Shown here in pieces: positions 8,237-17,649 of a DNA stretch of 39,476 nucleotides. The DNA lies in NCBI GenBank assembly GCA_035264305.1, contig DATFQL010000307.1, positions 1 to 39,476 on the forward strand, in the 5' to 3' direction. Every line of letters begins with the position of its first letter. Position 1 is the stretch's first letter. This DNA comes from Candidatus Limnocylindrales bacterium. GTDB lineage: Bacteria; Chloroflexota; Limnocylindria; Limnocylindrales; CSP1-4. Made by a program: the position numbers and the translations under genes. Under the pieces are notes generated by a model. It made no database searches and had not been told where the DNA came from. It was given only the letters and a program-made list of their open reading frames with translations.

Positions 8237-9673
8237 GTGACCTCCGCGACGGCCGTGCCCACGGCGAACCCCGCGCGCACGGCCGACCTGTTCACGCCCC
8301 AGCTGCGCGGCCTGACGGTCGGCCTGATCTCGACGATCACGCTCGTCGCGCTCGAGTCGCTGGCCATCGGCACGGTCATGCCGATCGTCGCGGACGAGCT
8401 CGGCAATCGCGAGCTGTACGGGTGGGTCTACACGGCGTTCTTCCTCGGCAACCTGCTCGGCGTCGTTCTCGCCGGCGGCGCACTCGACCGGATGCCGCTC
8501 CACCGGCCGTTCACGATCGGCCTGCTGCTGTTCGCGGCCGGGCTGCTCATCGGCGGCCTCGCGCCGTCGATGCCGATCCTGATCCTCGGGCGGTTCGTCC
8601 AGGGCCTCGGCGGTGGCGCGGTCGGACCGACGGCGTACGTCGCGATCGGGCGGGTGCTGCCGCAGAACCTCCAGCCGCGGATGTTCGCGATGCTCAGCAC
8701 CGCCTGGGTCGTCCCGGGGATCATCGGGCCGTCGATCGCCGCGGTGATCGGCGAGGTCGCGAGCTGGCGGTGGGTCTTCCTCGGGCTCATCCCGTTTCTC
8801 GTCGTCGCCGGCGCGCTCGCGGTCACGGCGCTCCGCCGCGTCGATGCCCCGATCCCGGAGGCCGAGCACGAGGCGGCGCACGCGTCCATCCGCCGCCTCC
8901 CGAACGCGCTCCTCGCGGCGGGTGGTGCCGGCCTCCTCGTCGGCGGGCTCACCGCAGAGGCGCTGCCGCTCCTCATCGGCGGAGTGCTGCTCGGCGGGGC
9001 GCTCCTCCTGCCGGCGTACCGCCGCCTCACGCCCCCGGGCACGCTCGCGCTGGCGTTCGGGGTCCCGGCCGCGATCCTCCTGCGCGGCGTGATGACGTTC
9101 GCGTTCTTCTCGGGCGATGCGTTCCTGCCGCTCCTCCTCCAGACGTGGCGCGGGACGCCGGCGTGGCTCACGGGCATCGTGTTCACCGTGACCACCGTCG
9201 CGTGGACGGGCGGCACGTGGTTCCAGGCCCGGCGCATCGACCGCGTCGGTGCCCGCCGGTTCACGGCGCTGGGATTCGCCCTGATCGCGACCGGTGCCTT
9301 CCTGACCATCCCGGTCGTCCTGCCGACGGTCCCGCCGGAGCTGGCCGTGCTCACCTGGCTCGGGCCGGGTGTCGGCATGGGCTTCATGTACTCGGCGGTC
9401 ACGCTCGTCGTCCTCCGCGGCTCGCCGGCCGCCGAACAGGGCGCCGCCAGCTCCGCGCTCCAGCTGTCGGACATCCTCGGGACGGCCCTCGGGACGGGGG
9501 TCGCCGGCGCCATCGCCGCCGCCGGGGAGCGCGCCGGTGGCAACGGGCTCGGCATCGCCCTCGCCGCGGTGTTCGCCGTGTCGCTCGTCAGCGCGCTCCT
9601 CGGGCTGCTCGGGACCCGGCGGATCGGCACGGTTTCGAGCCCCGAGAACGCGGTGACGGCTGGGGTAGACTAG
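8237..9673 (+). CDS. MFS transporter (drug/H+ antiporter-like, about 12-14 TM)
   Basis: The product is continuously hydrophobic with repeated TM segments. The N-terminal LRGLTVGLISTITLVALESLAIGTVMPIVADELG and GRFVQGLGGGA (MFS motif-like) support the call. GTG start at 8237; the upstream part of the ORF is S/R-rich. Confidence 0.8.
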   Translation: MTSATAVPTANPARTADLFTPQLRGLTVGLISTITLVALESLAIGTVMPIVADELGNRELYGWVYTAFFLGNLLGVVLAGGALDRMPLHRPFTIGLLLFAAGLLIGGLAPSMPILILGRFVQGLGGGAVGPTAYVAIGRVLPQNLQPRMFAMLSTAWVVPGIIGPSIAAVIGEVASWRWVFLGLIPFLVVAGALAVTALRRVDAPIPEAEHEAAHASIRRLPNALLAAGGAGLLVGGLTAEALPLLIGGVLLGGALLLPAYRRLTPPGTLALAFGVPAAILLRGVMTFAFFSGDAFLPLLLQTWRGTPAWLTGIVFTVTTVAWTGGTWFQARRIDRVGARRFTALGFALIATGAFLTIPVVLPTVPPELAVLTWLGPGVGMGFMYSAVTLVVLRGSPAAEQGAASSALQLSDILGTALGTGVAGAIAAAGERAGGNGLGIALAAVFAVSLVSALLGLLGTRRIGTVSSPENAVTAGVD

Positions 9674-9746
9674 CGGCCCGGCGCCTCCCGCCCGGTCTTC
9701 GGCGCTGCCCACCACGAGCGCCACCACCCGGAGGTTCTCGAACCCC

Positions 9747-10268
9747 ATGTCCGCCGAGACGCTTCGCGCGAAGATCCGCGAGATCCCGGACTTCCCGAAG
9801 CCGGGCATCCTGTTCTACGACATCACGACGCTCCTCAAGGACCCGGCGTCCTACAAGGAGGCGATCGACCTGATGCTCGAGCCGTACCGCGGCGAGCAGA
9901 TCGACATCGTCGTGGGGATGGAATCACGCGGGTTCATCTTCTCGGCGCCGATGGCGTACCAGCTGGACACGGGGCTCGTCCCCGTCCGCAAGCTGGGCAA
10001 GCTCCCGGCCGAGACGCTCACCGTCGAGTACGCGCTCGAGTACGGGTCGAACACGCTCGAGGTCCACCGTGACGCCGTCGCGCCGGGCCAGAAGGTCCTC
10101 ATCGTCGACGACCTGCTCGCGACGGGGGGCACCGTGCGCGGGACGATCGAGCTCGTGGAGCGCCTGAAGGGCGAGGTCGTCGGCCTCGCCTTCCTCGTCG
10201 AGCTCGACTTCCTTCGCGGCCGCGACCGCCTCGAGGGTCGCCGCGTCACGAGCGTCATCCAGTACTGA
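9747..10268 (+). CDS. apt: adenine phosphoribosyltransferase
   Basis: 173 aa. IPDFPKPGILFYDITTLL, GMESRGFIF, LEYGSNTLEVH and the PRPP loop VLIVDDLLATGGT are near-consensus Apt motifs. GGAGG lies upstream of the ATG. Confidence 0.95.
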   Translation: MSAETLRAKIREIPDFPKPGILFYDITTLLKDPASYKEAIDLMLEPYRGEQIDIVVGMESRGFIFSAPMAYQLDTGLVPVRKLGKLPAETLTVEYALEYGSNTLEVHRDAVAPGQKVLIVDDLLATGGTVRGTIELVERLKGEVVGLAFLVELDFLRGRDRLEGRRVTSVIQY

Positions 10269-10308
10269 CCGCCGCGCCGCGACGGCGCTCCCGGTCGGAC
10301 CATCGGTC

Positions 10309-11673
10309 ATGAGCGATTCCGTCCAGCCGCCCGATCCGGGCCGCCGCCGCTTCTTCCGCCAGTTCGCGGGCGAGGTCGCGACGTCGGTCGGCTCGGTCAT
10401 CGGGGCGGCGCAGGTTCTCCAGCAGCAGTCCGCGGACGCGGCCCGCGAGCTCCTCGGCGGCGAGGAGGCGACGGGTGCCGCCGATGCGGAGGCCTCCGCC
10501 AGGCCCGCCGGCTCCGGCGCCCGTCGCGAGGTCGACGCGACGACGGCCGGGTACCGCGCCCCGTTCCGCTGGGACGGGGACGTGTGCTGGGTCGTCGACC
10601 AGCGGCGGCTGCCGGACCGGCTCGCCGACATCGAGGTCCGCGGCGCCGCGGATGCCGTGACCGCGATCAACGACGGCGCCATCACCGGCGGCGCGGTCCA
10701 CGCGCAGCTCGCGGCCGTCACGCTCGCGCTCGTCGCCGCGCGATCGATCAGCTCCCGGGCGTTCGCCCGCCGCGCGACGCTCCGCGGCGCCGCAAACGCC
10801 CTTCGCCAGACGCGTCCCGGCTCCGCGGCGGTCGCACTCGCCCTCGACCGGATGCTCGCGCTGCTCGAGTCGTACGACAACGACGTGCCGGGCGAGGCGG
10901 TCGAGGCGGCGCTCCGTGGCGAGGCAGAGGCGATCATCGCCGAGGCGTCCGCCGACCATGGCGCGCTCGTGGGGCACGCGCTGTCGGCGCTGGCGTCGCT
11001 CGATGGCACGGAGCTGCGCGTGCTCACGCTCGGCAGCACCGGCGCGATGGGGAGCGGCCAGTTCGGCACGGCCCTGTCGGCGATCATCACCGCGCATCAC
11101 GGCGACCGGCCGATCCATGCGCTCGTCGCCGAGACCCGGCCCACGCTCGAGGGGGCCCGGGTGGCCACGTGGGAGCTGGCGCAGGCGGGGGTTCCGCACG
11201 CGCTCGTGACGGACGCCGGCGCTGCCGCGGCGATCGAGGCGGGCGAGGTGGACGCGGTGCTCGTCACGGCCGAACGGATCTGCGCGAACGGCGATGTCCT
11301 CGGGCTCACGGGCACGTACCCGCTGGCACTGGCGGCCGCCGCGGCCGGCGTCCCGTTCGTCGTGCTCGTCGCGACCACCGGCATCGACCTCGGCACCCCG
11401 GACGCCTCCACCGCTCCGCTCGAGGACGGCCGCCCGGGTCCCGTGCTCACGGCCGGCGGCACGAGGATCGCGCCCGAGGGTACGTCGGTCCGCAACCCGC
11501 GCCTCGACCGGACGCCGGCCTCGCTGCTGTCGGCGATCGTCACGGAGGAGGGCGTGATCCAGGCGCCGCTCGACGAGGCGCTCGCGACGCACGTCAGGCT
11601 GGCGGTCGAGCGCCGCATCGTCGCGCCCGGGTTCGCCGCGATGGTCGCCCGGCGCCTCGAGACGACGGCCTGA
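10309..11673 (+). CDS. eIF-2B alpha/beta/delta / methylthioribose-1-phosphate isomerase (MtnA) family protein, divergent, with an ~85-aa N-terminal extension
   Basis: The core matches the family: WVVDQRRLP, ETRPTLEGARVATWELAQAGVPHALVTD, VDAVLVTAERICANGDV..TGTYPLALAAAAAGVPFVV and NPRLDRTPASLLSAIVTEEG. The N-terminus carries GRRRFFRQFAGEVATSVGSVIGAA, which looks like a twin-arginine signal. Confidence 0.8.
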   Translation: MSDSVQPPDPGRRRFFRQFAGEVATSVGSVIGAAQVLQQQSADAARELLGGEEATGAADAEASARPAGSGARREVDATTAGYRAPFRWDGDVCWVVDQRRLPDRLADIEVRGAADAVTAINDGAITGGAVHAQLAAVTLALVAARSISSRAFARRATLRGAANALRQTRPGSAAVALALDRMLALLESYDNDVPGEAVEAALRGEAEAIIAEASADHGALVGHALSALASLDGTELRVLTLGSTGAMGSGQFGTALSAIITAHHGDRPIHALVAETRPTLEGARVATWELAQAGVPHALVTDAGAAAAIEAGEVDAVLVTAERICANGDVLGLTGTYPLALAAAAAGVPFVVLVATTGIDLGTPDASTAPLEDGRPGPVLTAGGTRIAPEGTSVRNPRLDRTPASLLSAIVTEEGVIQAPLDEALATHVRLAVERRIVAPGFAAMVARRLETTA

Positions 11674-12668
11674 TGGCGACGGTCGCGGCGGGCGTCCGGC
11701 CCGGCCTCGCCGCCCGCTCGACCACCGATCGCGCGCTCCTTCGCCAGTTCCTGGAGCGAGACCGGCGGCTTGCCGCGTACGCGATCTGCGACCTCGAGGA
11801 CCGCGAGTTCGCCCGGACACGGTGGGGGATCGCGACCCAGGGAGCCGAGCTGATCGCGGTGGGGATGGAGTACGGCGGCCTGACGCCGCAGCCGATGTTC
11901 CTCATGGGCGACAACGACGGGATCGGTGCCATCCTGCGTGACGTGGTGCGCCCGCGGGCCGCGTACGTCGCAGCCCGGATCGAGGCGATGCCGGCCGTCG
12001 CGGAGCACTACCGCATCGAGGCCGGCCCGCCGATGATCCGGATGTGGGTTGACCGGTCGGCTTTCCAGCCCGCCCCCGCGCGCGTCGAGCGGCTGCTGCC
12101 CGTCGAGGTGGGCGAGCTCAACCGGCTGTACCAGCTGGGCTTCGCCGCGTGGCTGCCGGCCAACGCCATCGCCGAGGGCGTGTACTACGGGATCCGGGTC
12201 AACGGCCGCCTCGTCGCCGCTGCGGGGACCCACGTGATCTCGCGCAGCGCACGACTCGCGGTCGTGGGCAACGTGCTCACCCACACCGACCATCGCGGCC
12301 GCGGGTATGCGAAGACGGTGACGTCGGCGGTCACGGCCGAGCTCCTCCGGTACTGTGACGAGGTCGTGCTCAACGTCCGCTCCGACAACCCACCCGCCAT
12401 CCAGGCGTACCTGCGCCTCGGCTATGCCGAGCACGCCCGATTCGAGGAGCGGCTCGTCCGCCGTCTCGCCTCACCATGGGCCGACCTGACCGCGCCGTTC
12501 CGCCGCCTGTTCACACGGGGCAGCGTCAGGACCGCGGCCGCACGCACGACCCCGGCCGGGACGTCCGTCACGGGCGATGGGCCCGAGCGCTTCGAACAGG
12601 CGCATCCGATCGATCCTTCGCCCACCACGCCGTCTCCCGTCGACGGCACCACCGAGGACCGCCCATGA
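11673..12668 (+). CDS. GNAT family N-acetyltransferase (FR47-like C-terminal domain) with a low-complexity tail
   Basis: [29 protein letters not shown] and [15 protein letters not shown] are GNAT motif A/B. The ATG overlaps the upstream stop (TGATG, 11671-11675), and the stop overlaps the ahcY ATG (ATGA, 12665-12668). The last ~70 aa are T/P/A/R-rich. Confidence 0.8.
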   Translation: MATVAAGVRPGLAARSTTDRALLRQFLERDRRLAAYAICDLEDREFARTRWGIATQGAELIAVGMEYGGLTPQPMFLMGDNDGIGAILRDVVRPRAAYVAARIEAMPAVAEHYRIEAGPPMIRMWVDRSAFQPAPARVERLLPVEVGELNRLYQLGFAAWLPANAIAEGVYYGIRVNGRLVAAAGTHVISRSARLAVVGNVLTHTDHRGRGYAKTVTSAVTAELLRYCDEVVLNVRSDNPPAIQAYLRLGYAEHARFEERLVRRLASPWADLTAPFRRLFTRGSVRTAAARTTPAGTSVTGDGPERFEQAHPIDPSPTTPSPVDGTTEDRP

Positions 12669-13939
12669 GCACCGCCGCCGCCATTCCCCATGACGTCACC
12701 GACCTCGGCCTTGCCGCCGACGGCGTCCGCCGCATCGAGTGGGCGGAGCGGGAGATGCCGGTCCTGCGCCTGATCCGGGAGCGGTTCGAGCGCGAGCGAC
12801 CCCTGGAGGGCCTGCGGATCGGTGCCTGCCTGCACGTCACGACCGAGACGGCGAACCTGATGCGCACGCTCAAGGCGGGGGGCGCCGACGTCCACCTGGC
12901 GGCGTCGAACCCCCTCTCGACGCAGGACGTGACGGCCGCAGCGCTCGTGGCGGAGTACGGGATTGCGACGTACGCGCGCCGTGGCGAGGACAACGACACG
13001 TACTACGCGCACCTCCGGACGGTCGCCGACACGCATCCCCAGATCACGATGGACGACGGCTGCGACCTCGTCTCGCTGCTCCACACCGAGCGCCGCGACC
13101 AGCTGCCCGAGATCCTCGCCGGGACCGAGGAGACCACGACCGGCGTCATCCGCCTCCGCGCGATGGCCGCCGACGGCGCCCTCACGTTCCCGGTCGTGGC
13201 GGTCAACGAGGCAGAGACCAAGCACCTGTTCGACAACCGCTACGGGACGGGCCAGTCGACGATCGACGGGCTCCTGCGCGCGACGAACGTGCTCATCGCC
13301 GGCAAGAACGTCGTGATCGCGGGATACGGCTGGGTCGGCAAGGGCATCTCGTCGCGCATGGCCGGGCACGGCGCCCACGTCGCGGTCATCGAGGTCAACC
13401 CCGTGCGCGCGATCGAGGCGCTGATGGACGGGTACCAGGTGATGACCGCGGGGGAGGCGGCGGGCTGGGGCGACCTGTTCGTCACGGCGACCGGGAACGT
13501 CAACGTGTTCCGGCGCGAGCACTTCGCCTCGATGAAGGACGGCGCGATCATGGCCAACTCGGGCCACTTCGACGCGGAGCTCGACCTCAAGGCGCTGCGC
13601 GAGATGGCCGAGGGTCACGTCCGCGACGTGCGCCCCAACGTCCAGGAGTTCGACCTCGGCGGGAAGCGGGTCAACCTCGTCGCCGAGGGCCGCCTCGTCA
13701 ACCTCGGCGCCGCCGAGGGCCACCCGGCAGCGGTCATGGACATGAGCTTCGCGAACCAGGCCCTCGCGGCCGAGTACGTTGCCAGGCATCACGAGGAGCT
13801 CGAGGCGCGGGTGTACGGCGTCCCCGAGGCGATCGACGCCGAGGTGGCGCGGCTCAAGCTCGCCGCGATGGGGATCACGCTCGACCCGATGACGCCCGAG
13901 CAGCTCGAGTACGTCTCGAGCTGGCAGCACGGCACCTAG
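12665..13939 (+). CDS. ahcY: adenosylhomocysteinase (S-adenosyl-L-homocysteine hydrolase)
   Basis: 424 aa. [51 protein letters not shown]-like [19 protein letters not shown] and the NAD fold GYGWVGKG are near-consensus SAHH motifs. Confidence 0.95.
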   Translation: MSTAAAIPHDVTDLGLAADGVRRIEWAEREMPVLRLIRERFERERPLEGLRIGACLHVTTETANLMRTLKAGGADVHLAASNPLSTQDVTAAALVAEYGIATYARRGEDNDTYYAHLRTVADTHPQITMDDGCDLVSLLHTERRDQLPEILAGTEETTTGVIRLRAMAADGALTFPVVAVNEAETKHLFDNRYGTGQSTIDGLLRATNVLIAGKNVVIAGYGWVGKGISSRMAGHGAHVAVIEVNPVRAIEALMDGYQVMTAGEAAGWGDLFVTATGNVNVFRREHFASMKDGAIMANSGHFDAELDLKALREMAEGHVRDVRPNVQEFDLGGKRVNLVAEGRLVNLGAAEGHPAAVMDMSFANQALAAEYVARHHEELEARVYGVPEAIDAEVARLKLAAMGITLDPMTPEQLEYVSSWQHGT

Positions 13940-13949
13940 GAACCGGGTC

Positions 13950-16016
13950 TTGGCGCAGGACCGGGACGAGCCGGCGGTGGACGAGCCGCCGGTCCCCACC
14001 GTCGCACCCTACGGAAGCTGGGCGTCGCCGATCGCGATCGAGACCCTCGCGAGCTCGTCGCGCAGCCTGTCGGAGGCCGGCGTCGACGGTACCGACGTCT
14101 ACTGGCTCGAGGGCCGGTCAGCCGAGGGAGGCAGGAGGACGGTCGTCCGGCGCGGCCTGGACGGGGCGACCCGCGAGCTCACGCCGGCACCCTTCTACGT
14201 CCGCTCACGCGTCCACGAGTACGGCGGTGGCGCATACGCGGTCGACGGCCGCCGGGTCATCGCCTCCGGGGCCGACAACCGGCTGTACCGGGTCGACCCC
14301 GACGGACACGAGCCCCCGGAGCCGTTCACGCCCGAGGGGCCGTGGCGCTACGCGGATCTGCGTTTCGACCCCATCCGGGACCGGCTGTACGCCGTCCGTG
14401 AGACGCACGACCTGGAGCGGGCGCTGGACCCGCTGCTCGTCAGGAACGAGCTCGTGGCGCTCGACCTCGACGGGTCGTCGGGGGCGGGCTCGGTGCTCGT
14501 CGCCGGCGTCGACTTCGTGGCCGCGCCGCGACCGGCACCCGATGGATCCGGCCTCGCCTGGCTCGAGTGGGACCACCCCGACATGCCCTGGGACTCGGTG
14601 CGTCTGCGTCTCGCCGACGTCCGCGAGGATGGCATCCTCGGCAACGCGCGGACGGTCGCCGGTGGCCCGGGGATCTCGATCGTCCAGCCCTCGTGGAGCC
14701 CGTCGGGCGTGCTCCATTTCGTCTCCGACGAGACCGACTGGTGGAACCTGTACGCGTTCGACGGCCCGCGGGGGACGGACGGCCCGGCGCGCAACCTCGC
14801 GCCGATGGACGCGGAGCTGGGCGACCCCGCCTGGACGTTCGGGCGCGCCACGTACGGCTTCCTCGACGATGGCGCGATCCTGGCCGTGGCGCGTGCCGGT
14901 GGCCGGGATCGCTACATCGTCATCGAGCCCGACGGCGCCGTCACCACGCTGGCCACGCCGTTCAGCGAGGTCGAGAGCCTGCACGTCTCGGGCGACGAGG
15001 CGGTCACGATCGCCGCAGGCCCGGCGACGAGCGCGCTTGCCGTGCGACTCGATCCTGCGAGCGGCGCGGTCCGCGGCGTCCTCGCCCGCGCGCGGGACCA
15101 TGACCTCGACCCCGACGTGCTTCCCGTGGCGGAGGCGATCACGTTCCCGACCGGCGGCGGGTCGACGGCCAGGGCGCTCTACTTCCCTCCGACGAACGCC
15201 CGGTTCCGCGCGCCGGACGGGGAGCTGCCGCCGCTCATCGTCGAGTCGCACGGCGGGCCCACGTCCGCGGCCGCGTCCTCGCTCTCGCTCGACCGTGCGT
15301 TCTTCACCTCCCGCGGGATCGCCGTCGTCGACGTGGATTACCGCGGCTCGTCGGGCTACGGGCGTCCGTACCGCGATGCGCTCCGCGGCCAGTGGGGAAT
15401 CGCGGACGTCGAGGATTGCGTCGCGGCTGCGCAGTACCTCGTGGCCCGCGGGGACGTCGACCCGGAGCGGCTGGCGATCCGCGGCGGCAGCGCCGGCGGG
15501 TACACGACGCTCGCGGCGCTCGCGTTCAAGCCCGAGGTGTTCGCCGCTGGCCTCAGCCACTTCGGCATCGCCGACCTCGAGCTGATCCACAAGGACGGTC
15601 ACAAGTTCGAGTCGCGCTACGACGAGGGGCTGCTCGCGCCGTACGACACCGACGACGGCCGACGGATCTTCCAAGAGCGCTCGCCGATCCATTTCTTCGA
15701 CCGTGTCCGCGCACCACTGCTGATCCTCCAGGGCCTCGACGACCGGGTCGTGCCGCCGTCACAGGTCGACGCGATGGAGGCCGCTCTCGCGCCGCGCGGA
15801 ATCCCGTACGTCGCGCTCCGGTTCGAGGGTGAGGGTCACGGGTTCCGGCGGGCCGAGACGCGTCGGGCCGCGTACGAGGCCGAGCTCGCGTTCCTCGGGC
15901 GGGTGTTCGCGTTCGAGCCCGCAGACGACGTCCCGTCGCTCCAGATCCCGGGACTGGACGCGTTTCGGGCTGCGCCGCGTACTTCCCGCAGCCCGGCGTC
16001 CGGCGGCATCCGCTGA
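13950..16016 (+). CDS. S9 family serine peptidase (prolyl oligopeptidase / acylaminoacyl-peptidase-like: beta-propeller plus alpha/beta hydrolase)
   Basis: 688 aa with a TTG start. The C-terminal catalytic domain has GGSAGGYTTLAAL (nucleophile elbow), LQGLDDRVVP (Asp) and EGEGHGF (His). The N-terminal ~400 aa are propeller-like. Confidence 0.85.
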   Translation: MAQDRDEPAVDEPPVPTVAPYGSWASPIAIETLASSSRSLSEAGVDGTDVYWLEGRSAEGGRRTVVRRGLDGATRELTPAPFYVRSRVHEYGGGAYAVDGRRVIASGADNRLYRVDPDGHEPPEPFTPEGPWRYADLRFDPIRDRLYAVRETHDLERALDPLLVRNELVALDLDGSSGAGSVLVAGVDFVAAPRPAPDGSGLAWLEWDHPDMPWDSVRLRLADVREDGILGNARTVAGGPGISIVQPSWSPSGVLHFVSDETDWWNLYAFDGPRGTDGPARNLAPMDAELGDPAWTFGRATYGFLDDGAILAVARAGGRDRYIVIEPDGAVTTLATPFSEVESLHVSGDEAVTIAAGPATSALAVRLDPASGAVRGVLARARDHDLDPDVLPVAEAITFPTGGGSTARALYFPPTNARFRAPDGELPPLIVESHGGPTSAAASSLSLDRAFFTSRGIAVVDVDYRGSSGYGRPYRDALRGQWGIADVEDCVAAAQYLVARGDVDPERLAIRGGSAGGYTTLAALAFKPEVFAAGLSHFGIADLELIHKDGHKFESRYDEGLLAPYDTDDGRRIFQERSPIHFFDRVRAPLLILQGLDDRVVPPSQVDAMEAALAPRGIPYVALRFEGEGHGFRRAETRRAAYEAELAFLGRVFAFEPADDVPSLQIPGLDAFRAAPRTSRSPASGGIR

Positions 16017-16038
16017 CCCCTCGCGCGCTTCGCCCGCG

Positions 16039-17592
16039 ATGAGGAACATCGAGGTCGTCCTCGGGCTGCTCGTGCTCGCGACGGTCCTCGCCGGGGTCGC
16101 GCGTCGCCTCCGGCTGCCGGAGCCGATCGTGCTCGTCGTCGCGGGGCTCGCCGTCGGGCTGCTCCCCGGGGCCCCGGCGTTCGAGCTCGACCCGTCGCTC
16201 GTGTTCCTGTTCTTCCTGCCACCGATCCTGTACGGTGCCGGGTACTTCACCTCGATCCGCGACTTCAAGGCGAACCTCCGGCCGATCCTGCTTCTCTCGG
16301 TCGGGCTGGTGATCTTCACGACCGTGATCGTGGCCGCGGTCGTGAAGTACTTCGTTCCGGACCTGCCGTGGGCGGCGGCGTTCGCCTTCGGCGCGATCGT
16401 CTCACCGCCGGACGCGGTCGCGGCCACGTCCGTGTTCCGGCGGCTCGGCGTCCCGCGGCGGCTCGTCACCATCCTCGAAGGCGAGAGCCTGGTGAACGAT
16501 GCGACGGCACTCGTCCTCCTCCGGACGTCGGTGCTCGCCGTCGGCGGGACGTTCAGCGCGGTCAACACGGGCGGCGACTTCGTCATCGTCGCGGTCGGGG
16601 GGATCCTCGTCGGGCTCGTGGTCGCGCGCATCGCGGGCATCTTCATGACCCGGATCCAGGACGCCGACCTCGGCATCGTGTTCTCGCTGCTCGTGCCGGC
16701 GATCGCGTACATCCCCGCCGAGTACCTCCACGTGAGCGGCGTGCTGTCGGTGGTCGTCGCGGGGATCTACGCCGGCCGGATCGCGGCACGCTCGCTCAGC
16801 TCCGAGCAGCGGGTCGAGGGGGCTGCGGCGTGGAAGGTCGTGATCTTCCTCATCAACGGGCTCGTGTTCATCGTCATCGGGCTCCAGCTGCCGGTCGTGC
16901 TCGCCGACCTCGACGGGACGGCGCCGCAGCTGCTCGGCCTCGCGACCGTGATCGGGCTGACGGTCATCGCCGCCCGCTTCGTGTGGGTGTTCCCGGCGAC
17001 GTACCTCCCGCGGGCGCTGTCGGCGAGGATCCGCGAGCGCGACCCGTATCCCGGCTGGCGGTACGTCGTGATCGTGAGCTGGGCCGGGATGCGCGGCGTC
17101 GTGTCGCTCGCCGCGGCGCTTGCCCTGCCGGTCGACTTCCCCGAGCGGAGCCTCCTCCAGTTCCTCACCTTCACGGTGATCATCGCGACGCTCGTCCTCC
17201 AGGGCGTGACGCTGCCGCTGGTCATCCGGGCGCTCGGGATCACCGCCGGCGACGCCGCCCTCGAGGAGGAGCGGAACGCGCGCCTCGCGGCGGGACAGGC
17301 CGCTGTCGACCGGATCGACCAGCTCGAGCGCGAGCACCCGGGCCACAAGGAGCTGATCGACCACCTCCGCGAGACCTATGTGCACCGCGTCGAGCATGTC
17401 GACATCTCGGACGGGACGCCGCGCGGCGAGGCGGAGCAGGAGCTGCTGGAGCACCGCCAGATCCGGCGCAAGGTCATCGACGCCGAGCGCGAGGCCGTGA
17501 TCGCGATGCGCGACCGGGGCGAGCTGAGCGACGACGTGATGCGGAGGCTGGAGCGTGACCTCGACCTCGAGGAGCTGCGCGAGGAGGCGTAG
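16039..17592 (+). CDS. Na+/H+ antiporter (CPA1/NhaP-type) with a cytoplasmic C-terminal domain
   Basis: From MRNIEVVLGLLVLATVLAGVARRL the product has about 11-12 TM segments. FGAIVSPPDAVAATSV and ILEGESLVNDATALV are CPA1 signature regions. A charged helical tail follows. ATG at 16039 chosen; the ORF opens at 15829 inside the upstream gene. Confidence 0.85.
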   Translation: MRNIEVVLGLLVLATVLAGVARRLRLPEPIVLVVAGLAVGLLPGAPAFELDPSLVFLFFLPPILYGAGYFTSIRDFKANLRPILLLSVGLVIFTTVIVAAVVKYFVPDLPWAAAFAFGAIVSPPDAVAATSVFRRLGVPRRLVTILEGESLVNDATALVLLRTSVLAVGGTFSAVNTGGDFVIVAVGGILVGLVVARIAGIFMTRIQDADLGIVFSLLVPAIAYIPAEYLHVSGVLSVVVAGIYAGRIAARSLSSEQRVEGAAAWKVVIFLINGLVFIVIGLQLPVVLADLDGTAPQLLGLATVIGLTVIAARFVWVFPATYLPRALSARIRERDPYPGWRYVVIVSWAGMRGVVSLAAALALPVDFPERSLLQFLTFTVIIATLVLQGVTLPLVIRALGITAGDAALEEERNARLAAGQAAVDRIDQLEREHPGHKELIDHLRETYVHRVEHVDISDGTPRGEAEQELLEHRQIRRKVIDAEREAVIAMRDRGELSDDVMRRLERDLDLEELREEA

Positions 17593-17609
17593 GTCCGAAG
17601 GCCCGGTGG

Positions 17610-17615
17610 TACAGT
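17610..17615 (+). promoter_or_regulatory. candidate -10 element (TACAGT) for metK
   Basis: TANNNT hexamer 35 nt upstream of the metK ATG, in the 57-nt gap after the antiporter gene, with GGGAG as the RBS at about 17641. It implies a leader of about 28 nt. Confidence 0.3.
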
Positions 17616-17649
17616 CGCCGTCATTCACCCGGACGCCAGCGGGAGCCCG

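Noticed and set aside
17593-17649. Possible SAM-type riboswitch upstream of metK
   Set aside because: The gap is only 57 nt, and a TANNNT -10 candidate at 17610-17615 leaves a leader of about 28 nt. I could not find SAM-II, SAM-IV, SAM-VI or SAM/SAH core sequences or a stable pseudoknot. It is too short and unsupported.
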